Positions 9,481-18,031 of a DNA stretch of 18,031 nucleotides are shown here, in pieces. This stretch comes from Octopus sinensis (lineage: Eukaryota). The notes below the pieces were generated by a model. That model was not told the DNA's origin. It made no database searches and saw only the letters and a list, made by a program, of their open reading frames with translations. How positions within the stretch are numbered: the stretch's first letter is position 1; each line of letters begins with the position of its first letter. The position numbers and the translations under genes are program-made. The stretch spans positions 1 to 18,031 of the forward strand of contig NW_021824617.1 in NCBI RefSeq assembly GCF_006345805.1, in the 5' to 3' direction.

Positions 9481-10110
9481 CGGTTCGGTCCCAATGCGCA
9501 GCACATTGGCTAAACGTTTTCTCCTATAGCTCATGGCCAACCAAAGCCTTGTCAGTAGAAGTATGCATGTAAGTGTATGAGTGTATATGTATATGTGCAT
9601 GTTTGTGTTTCTTCCTCACCACCGCTTGATAACTGTGGAGGCACATGGCCTAGTGGTTAGAGCAGCGGACTCGCGGTGGAGGGATCACGGGTTCGAATAT
9701 CAGACCGGGCGATGTGTGTGTTTCTGAGCGAAACACCTAAGCTGCACGCGGCTCCGGCAGGAGCTAATGGCGAACTTCTGCTGACTCTTTCGCCAAACTT
9801 TCTCTCACTCTTTCCTCCTGCATCTTGCAGCTCACCTGCGGCGGACCGGTGTCCTGTCCAAGTGGGGAACCTATACGCCAAGGAAACCGGGAAACCGGCC
9901 CTTATGAGCCAGACATGGCTCGAGAAGGAACAAACAAACAACCGCTTGATAACTGGTGTTGGTTGTTTATGAACCTGTTACTTATTAGTTCAGCAAAAGA
10001 GACCGGTGGAATATACACCAGGCTTAAAAAATATTACAGGGGGAAATTGTTCGACTAAAAACCTTCAAGGTGGCACTTCAGCGTGACTGCGGCCCAGTGA
10101 CTGAAACAAA
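9481..10110 (+). mobile_element. Old family A SINE interrupted by a family B insertion
   Basis: CGGTTCGGTCCCAATGCG...GGCCAACCAAAGCCTTGT before the insert; GCTTGATAACTGGTGTTGG...TTGTTCGACTAAAA...GTGACTGAAACAAATAAGAG after it. Confidence 0.75.
9636..9940 (+). mobile_element. Full-length family B SINE with a perfect 15-bp TSD
   Basis: ACCGCTTGATAACTG at 9621-9635 and 9941-9955; box A TGGCCTAGTGG, box B GGTTCGAAT; AACAAACAAACA tail. Confidence 0.93.
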
Positions 10111-10403
10111 TAAGAGAGAAAAAAGACATTAGATGACGTTTGCACTTCAACATCATCAAGTTTGTCAGATAGAGTAATTACACAAAGGGTGATTATGATA
10201 TGTAACGCCAGGCATATCCAGCTACCCACTGCATTAGAGTCATATACGCATGGACATCCAATACGCTCCTGATAACTTGAATCTAGACTCGTTAAAACAG
10301 ATGAGCCTTTTGTGGGGCTTTTGCTTCTAATAAACACATCCGCTGTACCTAACAGGTATAGTGAGTATCCATAGCCAGTTCAGTATTGTGCGTATTTTAT
10401 GCA

Positions 10404-10465
10404 TACGTACATACATACATACATACATACATACATACATACATACATACATAAATACATACATA
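10404..10465. repeat. (ATAC)n microsatellite
   Basis: Seen directly in the sequence. Confidence 0.92.
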
Positions 10466-10605
10466 TATATGTTCATATCAAGGTGGTGCCGTCACCATCA
10501 GACGTGCAGGCGTTAAGGGCTGTTTAAAAATATTTTTGAACGCTGCCTTCTACATTTATGCCGACTCCTCCAGCCTAAATCAGTAACTAGTTGATTTGTT
10601 TTGTT

Positions 10606-10948
10606 GCGTGCATGGCTCAGTGGTTAGAGCATCGGGCTCACAATCATGAGGTAGTGAGTTCGATTCCCCGACCGGGCTGTGTGTTACGTTTTAGAGCAAG
10701 ACACTTTATTTTACGTTGCTTCAGTTCACTCAACTGTAGAAATGAGTTGCGACGTCACTAATGCTAAGCTGTATCGGCCCTTGGCTTTCCCTTGGACAAC
10801 ACTGGTGGCATGGAGAGAGGAGGTTGGTATGCATGACCAACTGCTGGTCTTCCATAAACAACTTTACCTAGACTTGTGCCTCACAAGGGAACTTTCTAGG
10901 TGCAATCCCATGGTCATTCATGACCAAAGGGGGTCTTTACCCTTTACC
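10606..10948 (+). mobile_element. Full-length tRNA-derived CORE-type SINE
   Basis: Box A TGGCTCAGTGG, box B GAGTTCGATTCCC, CORE-like GAGCAAGACACTTTATTTTACGTTGCTTCAGTTCACTCAACTGTAGAAATG, TTTACCCTTTACC tail. Confidence 0.85.
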
Positions 10949-11009
10949 TGGTCAAATTTTTAAAGGTTAACGTGCAAGCTTAGCAGTTAAAAAAAATGGC
11001 AGAAAACTT

Positions 11010-11225
11010 TACACCCTTTCGATACCAAACCGCCCCAAACCGCCTCAAACCGCCCTTAAGTTCTATGGTATAAAATTCCCGTTTTAAAAGACTCTAATTG
11101 AAAACTTCTAGAAATAGTATGTGCATTTACATTTCAAATACCAGTGTGATGAGAAAATTCAATTTTACTAAATTCTTCCTTATTTTCAAAATGTATTTCA
11201 ACAGAAATACAATAAGAAGTGTTAA
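11010..11225. mobile_element. Degenerate piggyBac-type MITE candidate
   Basis: Starts TTTACA-CCCTTTCGATACC and ends AATAAGAAGTG-TTAA, resembling decayed TTAA-CCCTTTCG...GAAAGGG-TTAA ends. The TIR match is poor. Confidence 0.35.
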
Positions 11226-11413
11226 CCCGTCTGATTACGTATATTATGTCATTCACACTAGCATGGCACAGTCAGAATTTATTGTAAGATAGAAGCGGCT
11301 CACTCCTTTATTTGACATTCACTGAACCTTACGAAGCCTTCTCCGTTATCATACTTCGCTGAATCATTCTTTACAAAGCTATACGTATCCTTGTCTATGC
11401 ATAAACATACATA

Positions 11414-11800
11414 GGCGCGGGAGTGGCTGTGTGGTAAGTAGCTTGTTAACCAACCACATGGTTCCGGGTTCAGTCCCACTGCGTGGCATCTTGGGCAAGT
11501 GCCTTCTGCTATAGCCCCGGGCCGACCAATGCCTTGTGAGTGGATTTGGTAGACGGAAACTGAAAGAAGCCTGTCGTATATATGTATATATATATATGTG
11601 TGTGTGTGTTTGTGTGTTTGACAACCGATGCTGGTGTGTTTACGTCCCCGTCACTTAGCGGTTCGGCAAAAAGGGACCGATAGAATAAGTACTGGGCTTA
11701 CAAAGAATAAGTCCCGGGGTCGAGTTGCTCGATTAAAGGCGGTGCTCCAGCATGGCCGCAGTCAAATGACTGAAACAAGTAAAAGAGTAAAAAAAAGAGT
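11414..11800 (+). mobile_element. Family A SINE, full length
   Basis: Near-identical to 5052-5498, with a shorter internal (TA)/(TG) tract. Confidence 0.92.
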
Positions 11801-12117
11801 GTAGGTGCACATGCCCAGGCGTAACTTATTGTTGATTTACATAAGTTTACTTCAAATCTATGACGCAGTCTTAGGCAAGTCAGCTTTCGGTATTATGTTT
11901 TAAGCCCTTGATTCTAAACTACTTTAGTCGTTTGATGTTTAAGCCCGATGCCTTCCATCCTTCGTGCAGTGTGATCTGTTAGTTAGTATGTAGAGTACAT
12001 CTGGTTCAACTTCAACCATATGAATGGCGCATTTCGTTTTGCTAGTCACCTACCCTTTGGCAAGGTTAAAAATGAAAATAAAAACGACCAGTCCCCATTA
12101 TTCAGGCATTGAATATC

Positions 12118-12129
12118 ACGCACACACAC

Positions 12130-12189
<60 letters not shown>

Positions 12190-12215
12190 ACACACGACAC
12201 ACACACGCGCACACA
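12118..12215. repeat. (CA)n microsatellite
   Basis: Seen directly in the sequence. Confidence 0.93.
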
Positions 12216-12385
12216 GAGTCTTTGTTTGTTTATACACATAAATGCATATGCCTATATATTTAGTTTCATGCAAACACGTGTGTGCTGTAAACAATATGGT
12301 GGTTAGATCCCGCTTCTTTTTTGTGTGTAAACATTAAAATGTTGAAAAGCCACCGGCAGTGAGACTTTACGAGTGTATTACATAC

Positions 12386-12583
<198 letters not shown>

Positions 12584-12960
12584 GGCGTAGGAGTGGCTGT
12601 GTGGTAAGTAGCTTGCCTACCATCCACATGGTTCCGGGTTCATTCCACTGCGTGGCACCTTAGGCAAAGTGTCTTCTACTATGGCCTCAGGCCGACCAAA
12701 GCCTTGTGAGTGGATTTGGTAGACGGAAACTGAAAGAAGCCCGTCGTATATATGTATATACATGTGTGTGTGTTTGTGTGTCTGTGTTTGTCCACCAACA
12801 TCGCTTGACAACCGATGTGGGTGTGTTTGCATCCCCGTAACTTAGCGGTTCGACCAAAGAGACCGATAGAATAAGTCCTGGGGGGTCGATTTGCTCGACT
12901 AAAGGCCGTGCTCCTGCATGGCCACAGTCAAATGACTGAAAACATGTAAAAGAGTAAAGA

Positions 12961-12962
<2 letters not shown>
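12584..12962 (+). mobile_element. Family A SINE, full length
   Basis: GGCGTAGGAGTGGCTGTGTGGTAAG head through GTAAAAGAGTAAAGAGT tail; small deletion in the 3' half. Confidence 0.92.
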
Positions 12963-13018
<56 letters not shown>

Positions 13019-13051
13019 GTGTTTATATAAATATATACACATGCATACACA

Positions 13052-13097
<46 letters not shown>

Positions 13098-13110
13098 TGA
13101 ATATATATAT
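12963..13110. repeat. (TA)n/(CA)n compound microsatellite
   Basis: Seen directly in the sequence. Confidence 0.92.
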
Positions 13111-13136
13111 ACTTTCCTCTTTACTATTTTACAGGT

Positions 13137-14967
13137 CTATTTGTACATTTTTATAGTATTTGTTACTCAGTATGAAACCTAAGAAGTTAACATCGCTTAT
13201 GCAGGTTATGAGAGTGATTTTTGGCAAAAAACAAATTTTTCTTTGGACAATACGATAGGATCTTATTTTTTGGACAATAAGATAGGATTATAGAATCCTT
13301 TTGAAATCTGTTGATTTACTTTCTTTTCCATTTGTGAAAGCAAAGAGTTCAACTCTGTTCTTTCTATTTGTTTCACCTAAAGTAGTTTTCTTGCTAAGCA
13401 GCTTTCGAGCCAATTTTAGACTTGTAAAAAACTTATCTCAAGTTATATTGCGACCAGTATTTTCAAGTTCTTTTACTACGTCTTCAACAACCCTCAACTT
13501 TGATTTGTCTTTCTCCTTTTTACTCGGTCTTTTCCAGTGTAGATTTGCATTTTCCAGGTATAAGGAGTTTCATTGTCACAGATTGCCAATATCTTAACTC
13601 CATATTTCCCTGGTTTTGAAGGAATATATACCCGGAATGGACAGCGCCCTCTGAATGAAACTAATTGTTCATCAACTGTCATGCATGAACTTGGAACATG
13701 TCCATCTTGCAAATTCTGATTCCACATTTCAAATACTTCACTTATAGGCTCCAGTTTATCAGCACTTATCTTTTTTCTTCTTTCACTAGCATCATCAAAA
13801 CGCAGTACTTGTAAAATCTGGTGAATTCTTCCCCTGTTCATAATTTTGTTGAATGTTGAGTGGCCATCTTCTTGACTCCATAACTGTAACATTTTCATGT
13901 TTAGATTTACAAACACCTATAAGAATAATCAGTCCAACAAAATTTCTTTAGTTCAAAGTGATCAATTTCCTTCCATTTATCTTTGTAAACAACCTGACCT
14001 TCAACACTTGTCCATTTACGAATTACTTCAAGAAGATTCTGGCGCATAAAGATAGTAAAACATGTTTCAATGCTTTTGCAAAACCTTTTAGCGAAACGGG
14101 ATGATCCACATTCTTGGCGCATGGTATTGTAAGATGAAATTCTTACTGCTGCTTGGGCAAGAGGATTAGAATGACAAACTTCTTGTCTGTCTCTAGAAAC
14201 ATATTGCTCATTCATAATTGGGTGGCGTGCAGATAATTGTTTTTGAGTATCTTCATCTGATGACAGAGAACCTGAACTGTCTAGCACACAGCCACTTTCA
14301 CCATAATCTTCAGAACAATAGAAGGAATCACTACCATCTTCTTGCCATTCTTCATCTAATTTCAGTAACCTTTTCGATATTTGGTCTTCACTCAAGTTTT
14401 CACCTCTAAACATATTGGAAAGCACAACTGAACTATATGAAACTTAATAGCAGACTAAAGACAGATATTGCTCTCTCACATTTATACTCTCCTGAAAGAT
14501 GATGCAATATATTGTAAGAAATGTGTCATCACATAGAAATATTGTATCACCCTATAATCTAGCAGATTGAAGGTGATGCAACACCACACAAAATTACAGG
14601 AATATTTTCATGATTTTTCCTGTTTTTTTCTAAAATTCAGCGAATAAATTGAATACAATTTTATCTATTTTATATCTGATAAATATCTAGGAAAATAATA
14701 TTTGATTCTGCTTTTATTGTGTTTAGAATGACAAGAGTATTGTCTGAATTTAATTCGCGGGTCCAATGGACCCATTACGGTAATTAATGTATAGAGTGAA
14801 ATTTTCTAGATTTTACAAACATACGGAAAATTTCTCACCTGACAAATAAAAGAAAGTCAAGAAAAAATAAGTCACGAGAAATCAGCAGTATCAAATATTA
14901 TAAACAGTAGGGAAAAGCAACTGAAAAAACTGAAATGGGTCGTCTGGACCCATTGGTAGACGGAAGG
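13137..14967 (-). mobile_element. piggyBac transposon remnant; only the 5' end is recognisable
   Basis: Minus strand begins TTAA|CCTTCCGTCTACCAATGGGTCCAGACGACCCATT (TTAA at 14968-14971). A GGGTC-N5-GACCC palindrome occurs at 14934-14954 and again at 14759-14776. No matching opposite TIR was found, so the left boundary is approximate. Confidence 0.85.
13188..14413 (-). pseudogene. piggyBac transposase pseudogene (PGBD-like, DDE_Tnp_1_7 type), frameshifted and internally deleted
   Basis: Acidic N-terminus from the ATG at 14413. TVDEQLVSFRGRCPFRVYIPSKPGKYGVK contains the first catalytic Asp (13671-13673). GRNIT*DKFFTSLKLARKLL contains the second Asp (13435-13437). The third-Asp region is absent. 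A Cys/His-rich C-terminal remnant ends at 13188. Confidence 0.95.
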
Positions 14968-14976
14968 TTAATAATA

Positions 14977-15007
<31 letters not shown>

Positions 15008-15125
15008 TAAAATAATAATATAATATTAATTAATAATAATAATAATAATAATAATAATCAATAATAATATTAATAATAATAATAATAATATAATAATAAT
15101 AATAATCATAATAATAATAATAATA
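14968..15125. repeat. Degenerate (TAA)n microsatellite
   Basis: Seen directly in the sequence. Confidence 0.95.
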
Positions 15126-15170
15126 AACGTAATATAACTAAAATGTCAAATATTTTGATGCGTGATTTTT

Positions 15171-15391
15171 AGCCCTGTATATATATATACAACTAATATA
15201 GGATTAAAATATTTTCAGAAAAATTTCATCAAAAGTGGCAGCATATTAAAATATTTTTAAAGGTTAAAATTATAAACAACTTATAAACAAAAGAAAAAAA
15301 GAACAGACTTTAAATCATCAATTTACGATTTAAAGTCTGTTCCCATCATATTGGCATAGAAATAATTTTTTCTTTTGCCCTTGTTTATAAG

Positions 15392-15437
<46 letters not shown>

Positions 15438-15441
15438 GGCT
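15171..15441. other. Nested inverted repeats (fold-back structure)
   Basis: 16-bp perfect IR at 15301-15316/15327-15342; 13-bp IR at 15278-15290/15381-15393; outer AGCCCTG(TA)n / (TA)nCAGGGCT. Confidence 0.85.
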
Positions 15442-15913
15442 GAAGAAAAAAACTAAAAAAAAATTATTTGCAGAGTTAATTTATAATAAGTTAGGAAAAA
15501 GGAAACATTTTGGTAGCATCTATATATAATACCAAAAGATTTCCATTTTCTTACTTGATTATATGTGCACGCGCAGCGCGTTGGTGCAATCAAGTAAAAC
15601 ACGAACGTAAGTACTATTTGGTCGTCTCATGTTCTCATTTTGTAATAAAATGTGTACTAAAGCTATCTTAATTGGTAAACACGCAGCTTCTACTAAGCTT
15701 TATTCTATTAGTTCAAAGGATTCAGATTAATCATATTTTTATAGTGATTCTGATAATTTCAAAGTTTGTTATTCGCAAATTTATTTTCGCCATTAAATCA
15801 AATTATTAAGATTGTAATTAGAACAAGTTTTCTCTCTCATTTAGAGATTATTTTTCAAAGAAGTATTATTTTTTAGTATTTGTAACATTACCTTTGTTTT
15901 TATAGTGACACGT

Positions 15914-15916
<3 letters not shown>

Positions 15917-15975
<59 letters not shown>

Positions 15976-16167
15976 AATACATATGTATACATACATATAA
16001 ACATACATACATATAGAATATATATGTGTGTATGCATGAGTGAGTGCGCATATGTGTGTATATATAGAAGTACATATATATACCTATATATACACATATG
16101 TATATATATATATATATATATATTACATTACAATATACACATATATTTATATGCTATATTATATATA

Positions 16168-16210
<43 letters not shown>

Positions 16211-16262
16211 AGATATACATATATTTATATGCTATATATATATATATACCTATATATATAGA

Positions 16263-16305
<43 letters not shown>

Positions 16306-16335
16306 CACACATATATATTTATTATATATATATAT

Positions 16336-16376
<41 letters not shown>

Positions 16377-16429
16377 TTTATATGCTATATATATATACCT
16401 ATATATACATATATATGTATATATATATG
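15917..16429. repeat. (TC)n followed by a (TA)n-rich tract with three copies of a CATATATTTATATGCTATAT...ATACCT unit
   Basis: The unit recurs at about 16139, 16218 and 16371. Confidence 0.9.
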
Positions 16430-16645
16430 TAGTTAAAGTTAATCCAAACATGAAAACACAAGAGAAAACACAACAACGCGAGGGACGTGGAACAAGTATA
16501 GTATTATTGGACGCTCAGGAAAGAAGGAAAGAAGGAGGGTTTAATGTTTCGAGCGGAGCTCTTCGTCAGAAACATAGAAAAAGTAAAGATCCAAAGAAGG
16601 GAAGACGGAGGAAAAAATCGCCAACGGTAAACACGCGGTCACTAC
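16430..16645 (-). mobile_element. Penelope-like element terminal remnant between (TA)n tracts
   Basis: Carries a CTGACGAAG...CTCGAAAC motif typical of Penelope pseudo-LTRs and sits within TA microsatellites. The family assignment is recalled, not searched. Confidence 0.55.
16539..16573 (-). ncRNA. Minimal type I hammerhead-ribozyme-like motif, probably inactivated
   Basis: Minus strand: GUUU-CUGACGA-A-GAGC-UCC-GCUC-GAAA-C-AUU-AAAC. Stem I GUUU/AAAC, core CUGANGA and GAAA, 4-bp stem II. Confidence 0.55.
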
Positions 16646-16676
16646 ATATATATACATATGTATATATATATATATA

Positions 16677-16718
<42 letters not shown>

Positions 16719-16741
16719 ATTATATATATATATATATATAC

Positions 16742-16781
<40 letters not shown>

Positions 16782-16860
16782 GTATATATGTACACATCTA
16801 TTTATATATGCATATATATACACATCTATTTATATATACATACATATATATATATGTATA
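16645..16860. repeat. (TA)n-rich tract
   Basis: Seen directly in the sequence. Confidence 0.93.
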
Positions 16861-17045
16861 TTGGTTAAAAACGGTAAGCTAACAAAAGAAAGAAAGAGAT
16901 CTCAATATTATGTAAATAGAGGAAATTTATCTATAAAATAATATGTTACAATTACTCAATAGTCAAGATGCCGAAGTGGAAATCCACAACACCATCTCTT
17001 CGGTTATCTGGCCATCTGAAAAAACGCTATGAAAAAATACCGTTA
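16861..17045. mobile_element. Second TA-embedded repeat remnant, possibly Penelope-like
   Basis: Complex ~185-bp block between TA/CA microsatellites with an internal hairpin at 16968-16997. Weak assignment. Confidence 0.35.
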
Positions 17046-17174
17046 TATACATATACATACATACACGCACACATACACACATATATATATATTATATATA
17101 TAAGTGCAGCAATAATCACATACCGCACGATCATTATAGTATGTAGTGATTGTTTAGTACTGCATTGCCTTGTA

Positions 17175-17209
17175 TGTATGTATGTGTATGTGTTTGTGTG
17201 TATTGTGGG

Positions 17210-17246
<37 letters not shown>
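17175..17246. repeat. (TATG)/(TG)n microsatellite
   Basis: Seen directly in the sequence. Confidence 0.9.
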
Positions 17247-17247
<1 letters not shown>

Positions 17248-17916
17248 ACGTGAAAGAGAAACATTTATCTCAAGTTACCTATTTGCGACTTAAGAAGTCT
17301 TATAAACTCTTTTGGCTACGAGTATTTAAACTAATTCTCTTGCATATAAAGCCACCCACATGCCGCTTTAGTAAACTTTAAGCTTATCAGTAGCAACATA
17401 TACATTACATCAATGTATAGCCCACCAATCGCTCGATTGACGTTATTAGTAGTATTTGGTATAATAGTATTACCAATATAGAATTTCCGTCATCATATCC
17501 CAAACAAAAAACTCTTCTAAGAACCACATACTGAAGTAAACAGTATGTGGCTTTAAAAATAAAAACTAAGGCCAACTATTTGGACGAATATAGCGAGACT
17601 CATGTTACTAATTTCATAAAATACTAACTAATTAGTAATTAGTCAGAGTTTCGAGGAAATGTATATAAAACTGTTCTAGCATGCTGAGACTTTATCTAGC
17701 AGTGGACCAAGAACGGTTGAATGGATTTCAGCACTCTTTACTGAATTGGTAAACCGTGTCTTATCCGCTCTAACGGGTTGAGACAACTGGGTGTAGCTAT
17801 TTGGGCGCTTGGTTTAGTGGGAGTACTCTTTGGTGCTCGGGACAAATACCCGCAGAGACACAAACTCGCACGCGCACACACATGCGATTGCAAACATATA
17901 ACTGTACAGATAGAAA

Positions 17917-17919
<3 letters not shown>

Positions 17920-17976
<57 letters not shown>

Positions 17977-17981
17977 TATAT
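17920..17981. repeat. (TA)n microsatellite
   Basis: Seen directly in the sequence. Confidence 0.95.
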
Positions 17982-18031
17982 GTAGGTCCGGTTGAGTCGG
18001 GGTTAACCACAGTAAATAAGGTCTCAATACA

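Noticed and set aside
10065-10348. Minus-strand ORF with a hydrophobic stretch (SWICLALHIIITLCVITL) after a TTAG acceptor
   Set aside because: There is no convincing donor, no recognisable homolog, and the frame runs into a SINE.
10606-10680. tRNA-like sequences here and at 6105-6178, 8244-8320 and 9637-9710
   Set aside because: They have Pol III boxes but no paired anticodon or acceptor stems, and they continue into SINE bodies, so they are SINE heads and not tRNA genes.
16450-16941. 163-aa ATG-initiated ORF
   Set aside because: It spans a repeat remnant and a (TA)n tract, so it is a chance open frame.
16968-17004. Possible second hammerhead on the minus strand (CCGAAGA-GATG...CATC)
   Set aside because: CUGA reads CCGA and no GAAA follows the stem. 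At most it is a decayed relic.
17738-17850. Minus-strand open frame PKSTPTKPSAQIATPSCLNPLERIRH
   Set aside because: The acceptor would be a rare GAG, the donor is weak, and no homology is recognised.

Overview
AT-rich, repeat-dense eukaryotic DNA, most likely intronic or intergenic sequence from an octopus (coleoid cephalopod). That assignment is inferred from the SINE families and microsatellite load. No intact protein-coding gene is present, and most ORFs in the track are translations of microsatellites. The window is a layered record of mobile elements: about 13 tRNA-headed SINE copies or fragments in four groups (my labels A, B, C and CORE-type); a decayed Tx1/L1-like LINE fragment split by a tandem-repeat MITE; the 3' end of an RTE-clade LINE; an internally deleted piggyBac transposon with one recognisable end; two Penelope-like remnants; and a ~556-bp non-coding element embedded in a (TAA)n tract. 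The most interesting observations are a minimal hammerhead-ribozyme-like core in a Penelope-like remnant (16539-16573, minus), a 61-bp perfectly duplicated unique segment next to a candidate 48-nt exon, the TAA-embedded element, and a cluster of nested hairpins at 15171-15597. I cannot support a wholly new biological system from the sequence alone. Family names come from motif recognition, not database searches.
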